NCBI GenBank assembly: GCA_019828565.1
Contig: JAHDYR010000006.1
Coordinates: 310,001-374,000 of the forward strand
Direction of reading: 5' to 3'
DNA: 64,000 bases
Origin: Carpediemonas membranifera BICM
Lineage: Eukaryota; Protista; Fornicata
Positions 46,901 through 59,300 of the stretch are shown in pieces. Numbering within the stretch: the first letter of the stretch is position 1; each line of letters begins with the position of its first letter. The notes beneath the pieces were generated by a model. The model did not search any database. It had not been told where the DNA came from and was given only the letters and a program-made list of their open reading frames with translations. A program made the translations under genes and the position numbers.

Positions 46901-48180
46901 CACGCTCTGAGGCTGTCCTTGCCCAGCGCGCTGAGTTCGAGGAGCAGCTGAGGGCCCACTACGTTTCCCTAACGGAGGAGCTCGAGGCCCGGGTCGCCTC
47001 GCAGGAGAAGGACCTCCTCGCCAGACACGACACCATCCTCGCCGAGCGCGAGACCTTTGAGAAGGCGGCCCGCGACCGCATGGACGCTCTCTTGGCCGAG
47101 CGGGAGGCTGCGATGAAGGCTCTGTTCGACCAGCGCGAGAAGGACCTCGAGAACCTCGACCACCAGCGCCGCGCCGCCGTGGAGCAGCAGCGCGCCGACA
47201 TCGAGCACGTTGTCGCCGACAAGGAGGCTGTCCTCCGTGCTGAGCTCGAGCAGGAGATCACCCGCACCCGCGCCGAGGTCGTCAAGGATGTCGAGGCCGC
47301 CCAGCAATCCGAGGCCGACGAGCGCGCCCGCCGCGAGGAAGTCGAGCGCCACGCCCACCGCCTCAAGATGCAGATGAGGAAGCTCCGCCACTCATCGACG
47401 TTGTGGCGTCTCGACTACCAGAAGGAGACGAAGCTCAAGTTTGAATCCCTCCTGACGGACATGGAAGCACGGATCCGTGAAGAGCGTAACGCCGCCGAGC
47501 GCCACCGTGTTGCCCAGGAGGAGGCCCGTCTTGTCGAAGAGGTCCGCCTCAGAGAAGAGGAGGCCCGCAGACGCCGCCAGCTTGAGGAGGCGGAGCACGC
47601 CCACATGGAGGAGATGCAGCTCAGAGCGGAGGAGGAGCGTGATCAGGCCGAGGAGCAGGCCAAGGGCGACTCCGAGCTTCGTGAGGCGCTGGGCCGCATT
47701 GACGAGCTCTATCAGTCCCTCGAGGTCGACCCCGAGGAGGTTATCAGCTTCCAGATCAGACTCATGCCCCACGTCGCCTACAACAAGGCTGCCAGCCAGC
47801 TAGCTGAGACGGAGGCCCAGCGTCTTACCGATCTCGTCCCCATCCACGAACTTGTCAGTCGCCGCGAGTTTATCAAGTACCGCCTCAAGGACTTCAACAA
47901 GACCGCCACAGACCCCGACCGACTCTTCAGCTCCAAGCCCGGCCGGCTTATCGAGGAAGACCGCCAGCGCCAGGAGTTCCACCGCGAACTGCGCCGTCTC
48001 AATGCGCAGCTGTCCGAGATGATCCCGGCGTATGAGCGCCGCTACAGCCGCATCTATTCGTACAAGGCCACGCCGTACTTGCAGACGATGCAGCACGACT
48101 TGCAGCATCTCGAGAGAACTGCCGAGGTCGAGAACATCAAGCGTGAACACCGCCGTATGACTGGCCAGGTGCACATGTAG
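40980..48180 (+). CDS. Giant coiled-coil protein with ~283-aa repeats and a C-terminal MAP65/Ase1/PRC1-like domain; apparent +1 frameshift at 43944
   Basis: ORFs 40980-44138 and 43735-48180 join if the extra G in GACGCCGAAGAAG is removed (other repeat copies read GACGCCAAGAAG). The C-terminus DPDRLFSSKPGRLIEEDRQR...YERRYSRIYSYKATPYL resembles MAP65/Ase1. Confidence 0.75.
41190..44979. repeat. Coding tandem repeat, ~849-bp unit, about 4.4 copies
   Basis: GCCGCCAACGACGAGAAGCTCAAG occurs at ~41190, 42954, 43803 and 44653; the first unit is a longer variant. Confidence 0.85.
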
Positions 48181-48625
48181 GCTGTATGCTGTTGTAAAGA
48201 TATTGATTGATGTGTTGAGATTGTTTTGTACTGCATAAATTACCATCAACCCTCAATCGCCATGGTCGACTGTATCATTCTTATCTTTACATTCTCTTCA
48301 GTGTGATCGCGGACAAGGCGCCGCACAGAAGGAGGTCGGCGGTTGATCATCTGCGGAAACCGTGTAATCACGTCACCTTGCCGAAGACCCCCCTGACCTG
48401 GTCCTCGAGCACGGCATAGGACGCCTCAGTCGACAGATATATGTCTCCTTGGGTGTTTGCAGGGGGCCGCCAAAGACGCTGGCCACTAGGTAGGTTCCGC
48501 ATGTGAACAGCCAAGTGGCAGGGCAGAAGGGCGCCCTTGCCCAGGTTCGGGACCCCCTTGTAGACGTTCGTTGTGCCGGTCTTTGTTCGATGGATGCAGA
48601 CCCTCAGGCAGCGACCCGGTCTGCC

Positions 48626-48682
48626 TGTGCCATTGTAGGAGCTGCAGGGTGGTCTGATTTACATAAACTGCACTGACTCACA
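48626..48682 (-). mobile_element. 57-bp solo LTR with 4-bp TSD (TGCC)
   Basis: TG...CA ends; TGCC at 48622-48625 and 48683-48686. It shares TGTGCCATTGT and TTTACATAAACTGCACTG with the LTRs at 56233 and 60860. Confidence 0.85.
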
Positions 48683-48893
48683 TGCCGGTGACGTCTGTGA
48701 TAACTTTTTCTCCGTCAGTTTATTTTTGGCCCTCTAACATCTGGATCCGGGCAATTACCAGCGGGCGCACACTGGAAGTATGCGTTTGGAGTCGGCCCAA
48801 ACATCGATTTCGACCGACATCGAACATGACGAGTAGAGGTCGGAGAGGGCTGAAACTCACACCATTGCACTGTAAGAGAAGCTCATACAGGAT

Positions 48894-48917
48894 GGCTGAC
48901 CCATCTTTATTTTTTAA
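48894..48917. repeat. 24-bp dispersed repeat, copy 2
   Basis: Identical to 24950-24973. Confidence 0.6.
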
Positions 48918-49468
48918 ACTCCCAACCTTAATTTCTGGAGTCGTCGAAAATGACGACTCAGTTTGACTCAATACACCCTCAGCCTGCACCCACTGGCGTA
49001 ACCTCAGCTACTAGGCCTGGATAGAGTGCGATTGCCCCACTAACAGCTTTGAACTCAGTGTCAGCCGTGATCGCGGTGGCGACGCTGAGCACCGAGTTTG
49101 GCACCACTGAATTCGGATGACACCCAGCCAGAGGCTGTAAGTGGGGCAATAGCCTTAGATACGTCTAAAACTAGGATGGACGTGGGCTGGGTGCACACTG
49201 ACACTCCAGCGGCTCTAGGCGAAAAGTGAATTTCGACCGACTCGACTTGACTCCATCAGACCTCAGACCTCGGATCTGACCATAACGTCGTCATCTAGGG
49301 CCATATAGAGTACATTTGCCCAGGAGCCAGGCCTGAACTCGATGGTCGGTTTACCTTACAGAGATTGATTCGTCACAATATCCGATCGATTGCGGGCAAA
49401 AGGAGGGCAGGGGGTAGGACATGACATGGTCGTGGACCCCGGCATCGCGGCCGACTACCGTCACCGGG

Positions 49469-52018
<2,550 letters not shown>

Positions 52019-52511
52019 GGTAAATGATATGCTGGCTCTGTGGCGACGTTCCCTAATGTCGAGGTGAGTATTTAAAATGTCGACACATATGTGTGAGAGG
52101 AGGAGTGTGACAGGACCATTGAGGACTAATAAATTATCAATCATCAAAGGCTCTTTGGTCACGATCAATCATGTAGCTTGGGTCGAGTTGAAAGAAGCGG
52201 CTTGCTATAGCATTCTAACACCGTACGGAGTGGCGGGAGCAACCGTAGCTGTGCCCGAACCCCATGGAAGAGAGTCCAAATTCGGCCGAGTCGCGGAGCG
52301 ACTCGAGGATCGGAATTGATCTGGCGGAGGAGTCGCTCAGGTAAGAACGCCCGGTGATCTCCAACTAGAGGAAGTATTATTTTTTCGGAGGGGAGGTCTG
52401 GCTCCCCGGGGCAGACTGGCCAGACGGGCCGCCCCGGGTGCACCGCCTCCACCACCTGACCACGTAAACTGTCCTCCGATCGCCGATCATTCCGATCTTT
52501 TTTCTTGCAAG

Positions 52512-53330
52512 ACGAGCATTGAGCACGCTCCTGAACCCAACAACTGCCAAGACATCACAACCCGACGATTCCTCCGTGTCAGCATATTAGATAGTGAGCA
52601 GCCCGAGAGTGGTGTTCGTGCGCTCATTGAACGCGGCGATGTCGCTCAGGCATCAAAGGAACTGCACTCTTTGATCGAAATGGGGCAAAATGACGTTCAC
52701 GCCCTCATTAGAGACAAATACGACGATCTGGTGAACGCAGGAGGTAGGATACAGGACATCCAGAAGTGCGTGTACGCCGTCTTCGGTCCAATCTTACAGC
52801 CATGCAGAGCGGGCTCCAGCTCACCGGGCACAGCGTCGTGTCCAAGGCCGAGACGCTCATCCAGACCCGCGAGAAGATGCGGGAGCTCCACACGTCCATC
52901 CGTAACATAACAGTGCTATCTGCGGCCCTCGAGACGGTGTCGCGTGCCCGGGCGACTCTCTCGGACGAACGGAGACACAACCTTGGGACCTCGGCCCAGT
53001 CCACGGGCGCCATCAAATTCGACGCCTCCCGCATCCAGCGCGCGGTGTCCCTCGTCAACCGCGTCCCCGTGGATGCCCCGGAGCTGCAGGGCTATGCTGC
53101 CGGCCGCCAGGTCAAGGACGTCATCGCCGACCTCCGGGAGCGGATAGCGTTGTCCTGCATCGAGGAGGAGAAGCGGTGGCTGTCCACCGTCCGCGGGCAG
53201 GCAGAGGAGCTCGGGGCCGCCATCCTAGACGAGACTTTGCGGAGGATGGAGAGCACGAGCGCACGGCGGGCCCGGCGGCGCATGCTGGGCGGAGAGGCCT
53301 CGGCTGGCATGGAGACGGAGTTCCTGTCTG
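52512..53330 (+). pseudogene. Exocyst Sec15/EXOC6-like 5' fragment, pseudogenised
   Basis: SGVRALIERG...LIRDKYDDLV...WLSTVRGQAEELGAAIL resembles the Sec15 N-terminus. ACG stands where a start ATG is expected, there is a frameshift near 52765, and the frame ends in the TAAGG tract. Confidence 0.6.
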
Positions 53331-53368
53331 TAGGTAAGGTAAGGTAAGGTAGGCTTACCTTACCTTAC
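53331..53368. repeat. Head-to-head telomere-like junction (TAAGG)n/(CCTTA)n
   Basis: TAGG TAAGG TAAGG TAAGG TAGG | CTTA CCTTA CCTTA C. Confidence 0.75.
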
Positions 53369-53603
53369 GGGTCACCCGGCTCCGTGAGATGCTCGGGCGC
53401 GTCTTTAATCTGCAGGACCGGAACAACGGCGTCATGGACTTCAAGCCTTCGGCACCCATCCCATCAAGGTGTAGGAGATAAATACTCGGGGCCGTGTAGT
53501 GAGTGTGGGTGGGATCAGGTGATGAAGCGATTGATGGTATATACATGCGAGTCTGGCTCATGTATACGAGTAATTCCGGCGTGAACAGAACGACCACGAC
53601 CGA

Positions 53604-55220
53604 ATGCAGGGCTCCATCAGCGATATCATTAACGATCTCGCCCTTGGTAACCAGGCAGTAGACGTGGCTAACTTTGAAACAGCACTAACATTCTACAACG
53701 CTGTTAACGCGAGAATTGCATCAATATCCATCAATAACGCCGCTAGCCCTGAAGAAATCGAGAAACTGAAGACCCTTCGCAGCGAAGTGAACAGACACAT
53801 CGCTGTTGTGAACGAATTGCAAAGATACGCCCAAGTTTTCAACGAGAAACCCCGTCGCCCGATGACGTCCGACACCGTGTCCGAGAGCAGGGCGTCGTAC
53901 GCCCCTCCCTCCCGCCACCCTGTCCAGCGGGTGAGCGTAAACGTCCGCCCGAAGCCCAACCGCGTGGCCTCCCCCAGTCCCAGGACAAACCCCCAACCTG
54001 GCGCCCGGGCCGCGGGCGTCCGTCCCCGTCCGTCTGTGCGGGTCATCAACGACAAGAGGCCCACAAACTCCCCAACGGTCCAGCACAGCAGCGTGGCTCG
54101 GCCCGGTGAACGTCGTGTCGGCAAGGCCGTTGGGACCAGGCCCCCTGCCAAGGGGCGTCCCGGTGGCCGTCAGGTTGGGTCAGCCGACCCCGCGCGGGGG
54201 GGAGCTGGTGGTCAGAAGCATGAGTCTGAGGAGGGCGAGTTCCGGTGCTCCCCCGACGAGCAGGCCATGGCAGCTGTCATCGAGGGCACCATGATCCGGC
54301 CTGACCAGAAGGACAGTCTCAACGTCAAGATGGAGGACATCGTAGGCTCCCGGGACGCCAAGCGGGCGATTGAGCAGGCCGTGTGCTACCCGATCCTTGC
54401 GCCCAAGCTCCTCGGCCTCAGCGTCACCCCGTTCAGAGGCGTGCTGATGTTTGGCCCGCCCGGCACCGGTAAGACGCTGCTGGCCAAGGCGGTGGCTGCT
54501 CAGTCGGACGCCACGATGTTTATCTGCTCCTCGGCCGACCTGACTTCGAAGTTCCGGGGCGAGTCGGAGAAGCTCATCAAGCTGCTCTTCGCCATGGCGC
54601 GGCACTATGCACCGAGTGTCATCTTCATCGACGAGGTCGACGCTCTGATCTCCAACAACGCAGGCGGGGGTGACAGCGGCGACGCCTCCCGTCGGGCCGT
54701 GTCAGAGTTCCAGACCCAGATGGAGGGCGTCCTGACGCCGCAGGGGGACAAGCCCGTGGTGCTGATCGGGGCGACGAACTACCCCTGGAACATCAGACCG
54801 GCCATGCTGCGGCGCTTTGACAAGAGGGTGTACGTGCCGCTCCCCACCGTCGAGGACGTCGAGAACATCCTGCGGAAGAAGATGCAGCGTGCTGTGGATG
54901 ACAGGAGCATCGCTGACATCGACGGCATCGACTTCAAGGCCCTGGCAGCCCGACTGGACGGATACTCGGGGTCCGACGTCGATGTCATCTGCCGCAACGT
55001 ATGCATCAAGCCCATGGATCGGGCGGTCGAGATGTTCGGCATCGGTAAGATCACGGAGATGGTCGACGGTGACGGCATGGACCGGTCGGCGTTGCTCGAG
55101 CAGGTCGGCAAGGTCACGATGGATGACTTCGAGGTGGTCATCGAGGGGGTCGAGCCGAGCGTGGATAAGGCGCTGTTGAAACAGTACGAGGAGTTCAACA
55201 ACAGTAAAAAGAGCGCATAG
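53604..55220 (+). CDS. Katanin p60-like microtubule-severing AAA ATPase
   Basis: N-terminal MIT-like helices, GVLMFGPPGTGKTLLAKAVA, LTSKFRGESEKLIKLLFAMARHYAPSVIFIDEVD, ATNYPW, RRFDKRVYVPLP. Confidence 0.85.
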   Translation: MQGSISDIINDLALGNQAVDVANFETALTFYNAVNARIASISINNAASPEEIEKLKTLRSEVNRHIAVVNELQRYAQVFNEKPRRPMTSDTVSESRASYAPPSRHPVQRVSVNVRPKPNRVASPSPRTNPQPGARAAGVRPRPSVRVINDKRPTNSPTVQHSSVARPGERRVGKAVGTRPPAKGRPGGRQVGSADPARGGAGGQKHESEEGEFRCSPDEQAMAAVIEGTMIRPDQKDSLNVKMEDIVGSRDAKRAIEQAVCYPILAPKLLGLSVTPFRGVLMFGPPGTGKTLLAKAVAAQSDATMFICSSADLTSKFRGESEKLIKLLFAMARHYAPSVIFIDEVDALISNNAGGGDSGDASRRAVSEFQTQMEGVLTPQGDKPVVLIGATNYPWNIRPAMLRRFDKRVYVPLPTVEDVENILRKKMQRAVDDRSIADIDGIDFKALAARLDGYSGSDVDVICRNVCIKPMDRAVEMFGIGKITEMVDGDGMDRSALLEQVGKVTMDDFEVVIEGVEPSVDKALLKQYEEFNNSKKSA

Positions 55221-55595
55221 TGTTGGTTGCGCGTTTATTGCGGGCGTCCTGCTCGCCAAAAATTTCTGCGCCAAAACGAATGGACCAACCGTTGCGTTTA
55301 ACCAGAAATGATCCATGATTCCCTGATTCACGTGCCTTGCGGGACTGCGGGACTTGATGCGCCCTGCTGATTCCAGGAGCGCGCCGTCTGGCTGCATCCA
55401 GCTCGCGGTTTGGGGGTCGACCCTATTTCGTGACTCTTGCTCGATCAGATGCTTGGCGGGCAGAGCCGTTAGGTAAGACACATCGCCACATGTAACGATT
55501 CTATGTTGGCTGAATAATGCATTCATCATCTGAACGGCTTATATAAATTCGTCAATCGGCCGTCTGATTGTCGGGAAGTTGACGGTGCCGAGTCT

Positions 55596-55610
55596 GTAAG
55601 GTAAGGAAGG
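55596..55610 (+). repeat. Short TAAGG tract at the start of the TE-rich region
   Basis: GTAAGGTAAGGAAGG; short enough that it could arise by chance. Confidence 0.3.
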
Positions 55611-56232
55611 ATTCCATCAGCCTTGCTGACATGAACGATGGCCCACTTAATACAAAATCTATGGGGGTTACTCTGTACGTCATAGTGTCAACCGCGATGA
55701 AGAACCTGCCGATTTTTGCTATACGGATTTTGCACTGCCACTCAAAACCCTCTTAAGTTATGAATGTTGAAGCCAAAAAGAGAAAGAGATAATCTTGTCC
55801 GTACTGGGTAAAGGACTCGGATTCACGCACTATTATAGTGTCCAAGTTCCCCTTCTATCCGCTCATCACGGTGTGACCCTAAACTGCGGAAGTTGGTTGC
55901 ATAAAACTCATTCGTAACACGGCACAGTGCCGTAGTTGAACGACGATGCAGAGACAGCAGGGAAACAGAGGACGCTATAGCAGAGGCCTTGCAGGACGAA
56001 CCTGCCTGTCACGGGCTCCGAGGACAGACCCCCAGACTCCCTGGACAGTTGCCGGACTCCCAGGGAGGCAGGAAAGCAGAGATGCACGGAGAAGGCCGAA
56101 GGGCCTCTGGGGCGATTGGAATCGGGACTAAGCAGTGACAGTAGCACCAAAGCCCAAGCTGAGCGCAGCTGACAGCTCAGTGGAGGGTGGCGGCCGTGCC
56201 CCGGAGCACTCAGCTCCAGGATAATGGGAAGC

Positions 56233-56289
56233 TGTGCCATTGTTGGCTTGCGCAGGTAGATCTGTTTACATAAACTGCACTGGCTCTCA
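56233..56289 (-). repeat. 3' LTR (57 bp)
   Basis: TGAGAGCCAGTGCAGTTTATGTAAACAGATCTACCTGCGCAAGCCAACAATGGCACA on the minus strand. Confidence 0.95.
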
Positions 56290-56300
56290 CTTCCCTCCTC
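56290..56300 (-). promoter_or_regulatory. Polypurine tract
   Basis: GAGGAGGGAAG immediately 5' of the 3' LTR. Confidence 0.85.
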
Positions 56301-56317
56301 AAGGCGAAGCTAGCCAG

Positions 56318-59300
56318 CTAACGGCGGCCATTGCCCCGGAACTTCCGCTTGTAGCGTGCGAAGAGGGGCGTGAGACCTGGGTTGAGGCGTAGGTAGTCAT
56401 CCAGGGCGGCGAGGCGGTCGTAATATGCGTTATACGGAATGTACGAGTCCTCGGAGTCTTCTAGGCCTTCCCAGTGGACGAGGAGCTCGAGGCGTCGGTT
56501 GCGCTCGCGGTGGCCGACGATGGCGGAGACTTGTTGTTCGTCTTGTTCGTATGCGGCGATGCGCTCGAGTGTCTTGAGGTCTGCTGTGCCTGGGTCGAAG
56601 CGAATGAGGCGGTCCTGGTGGACGAGCAGCTCGGACTTGGTGACGAGGTCACGGAGGACGAATGTGTTGGGGCTCTTCCCTTCCCTGAGGAGTTGTAGCG
56701 GGCCGCGGACTGGAGGCAGAATCTTGGATGGGGCCTTGTGAGGATATCTCAGGAGCACTAGGCGTTCGAGTTTCCAGTCGAAGTTGTCCGCCGGTTGGGT
56801 TTGTGCGGCCTTGTGACGCTCGTATGCGGCGATCTTCGCGCGGGCTGCGTCGTGCATGGCCTGTATGTCGGTGTGGAATGCGTTAATGGCCTGGATGGTA
56901 GGTGTGTCTTGCGTCGCCTTGGCGGCGCTGATGATGCGTGACTCCGGGAGGGCCGTGAGCGCGGACGTGTGTCCGAAAAGCAGCTCGAACGGCGTGAAGC
57001 CGGTAGTCGAGTGTGTCGAAGTGTTGATAATGTGTTGCACGATTGGGATAAGTGCGGGCCAGTCGGTCGTTTCTGAGTCTAGTAGCAGGGCGCGCAGTCT
57101 GCGCATGATGGTCCCATTGACTCTCTCGACAACGCCGTTACTCTGTGGGTGGTACGCCGTGGAGAACCTGTGGTTCAGGCTGATCTTCTTGTTGAGAGCG
57201 GCGATGGTTGAGTTCTTGAACTGACTTCCCTGGTCTGTCTGGATCAGGCTGGGTGCGCCGAAGAGCGACCACACCTGGAGCATCGCGTCGGCGGCTTCTT
57301 CTGCCGAGGTTGACGCAACCGGCTTGAGCACAGTGAACTTGCTGAAGACGTCGATGAACACGATCACGTGAGCGAGGCCATTCGTCTTTGGAAGCGGGCC
57401 GAGCGTGTCTATCTGCACCGCCTCGAATGGGCGGGTCTTCTGGGTCGTATGCCACTGGGCCTTGGCGATGGGGTGGGATTTGAGCTTCTGGCAGACTGGG
57501 CAAGTCGCGACGTGCTCCCGCGACGTCTGGAGTTCATGGAAGACCAGGTCTTGCCGGCTTCCTTGAGATGGGCGATCGTTTGTTTGATCGAAGCATGGCC
57601 GTTGGCTCCAGCGTGGGCCTGCTGAATGTCGAAGCGGTGGGTGCTGCTGGCGATTTCGCTGATCGCCGCGCCGCTGGGGCGGGAGAGGGCGTCCGCGACG
57701 ACGTTAGTTGTCCCTGCGATATGCATGATGTCGAAGGGGTACTCGGATAGGATGAGTCTCCATCGCGTGAGCTTGCGCGTCCCTTCCTCAGCCTTGCGAA
57801 TCATCCACACGATGTTCTTGTGATCTGTGAGTACGGTGAATGGCTTCAGCTTGAGAATCTGGCTAAACTCTGGCCGGGTGATGCAGTATATGACTGCGTA
57901 GAGCTCTTGCTCGACCGTCGCCCAGCGGCGTTGGGTCTCTGTGAACGTCTTTGAGAAGTACGCGAGGGGTTTCTTCGTGTCGCCCTCGTGTTGCCACAGC
58001 ACTCCGCCGGCTGCGATTGTGGACGCGTCTGTCTCAAGTGTCCACTTGCAGGTCAGGTTGGGTAGTGCCAATGCCTTGTTGTCGGTGCACAGCTCCTTCA
58101 GAGCCGCGAATGCCTTGTCGTGTTCCTCAGTCCAAGGGAGCTTGTCTAGCTTCTTGGGTGACCCCTTGAGGAGGGCGTTGAGGGGGCTGTGGCTGAGCTG
58201 AGTTGCGGGAGGTAGTTTGCGAGGTGGTTAAACTTGCCCATCGTGCGTCTGAGCTCTGTGACGGTGGTGGGGGCGGGCAGCTCCTTCAGCGCGGCGACGC
58301 GGCCTGGGCTCACCGAGCGGCCGGAGCTGTTGATGATGAATCCGCAGACCTCCACTTCGGCGGCGCCGATGGTACATTTGTCCGCGCGGAGGCGCAGGCG
58401 GTTGTCCTTGGCTCTCTGGAGGGTGAGTCTCAGGGTGTTGAGGAATCCTTCTTCGGTCCGTGCGTAGAGGAATATGTCATCCACGTAGACCCGGTGGCCG
58501 GGGATTCCATCTAGCACGGCCTCCATCGCTCGTTGAAACTTGGAGGGGGCGTTCTTAAGTCCAAACGGGACCCTGAGGAACTCGGAGTGGTGCCCGGGGA
58601 CTACGAACGAGGTAAGGTGGATGCTGGCCGGCTCCATCAGCTGCTGCCAGTATCCGGACCGGAGATCGAGTGATGCAAAGTAAGAGCATCCGCCGGCTTC
58701 GTGGGGCAGGTCCCTCAGATCGGGGAGGGGAAAGGCGTCGTCCTTCGTGGCGTCGTTAAGATCGTTGAATGCGACGCAGAAGCGGGGTTCGCCGTTCTTC
58801 TTGGTTGCCATCGTGTGGCGGCTGGCGTGCTCGGACTGGCTGTCTCGTATGATGCCGAGCTTCTTCATCTTCTCGATCTCGGAGAGGGCGGCTGAGCCAG
58901 CCTCTCCGACAAGCTGTCGAGGACGGCACTTGAGGTGAAAATCGCGTGTGAGTTCGATCTTGTGAGGCTGTAGTTTGCTGCCTTCTGGCGGGAGAGCCGG
59001 GTCGAACACCTCATCGAACTCCTCGACGATGCTTCGGACCTTGTTGGCGAACTCGGTGCCGTGGTCGTCCGGGATCGCGACGGCGAGCGAATGCTTCGAG
59101 TCCGAGGTTGACGCCGCTTCGAAGACGTCGGCGTCGATCATGTTGTGCTCTTCTAGATCGTCCTTATCATCCGGCTTCTCGGACGGGAGTATCAGTAGGC
59201 GGTCGTTGAGGACGTAGCCGATGTGCCTGAGGAGGTCCTTGCCGATCAGCATCCTGTCGCTGGTGCCTGTGATCATGTGGACGTCCCAGTCGAGCGTGAC

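Noticed and set aside
52766-52799. Possible intron GTGCGT...CTTACAG in the Sec15-like gene
   Set aside because: Splicing it does not restore the frame, and the segment itself encodes Sec15-like helix, so a frameshift fits better.
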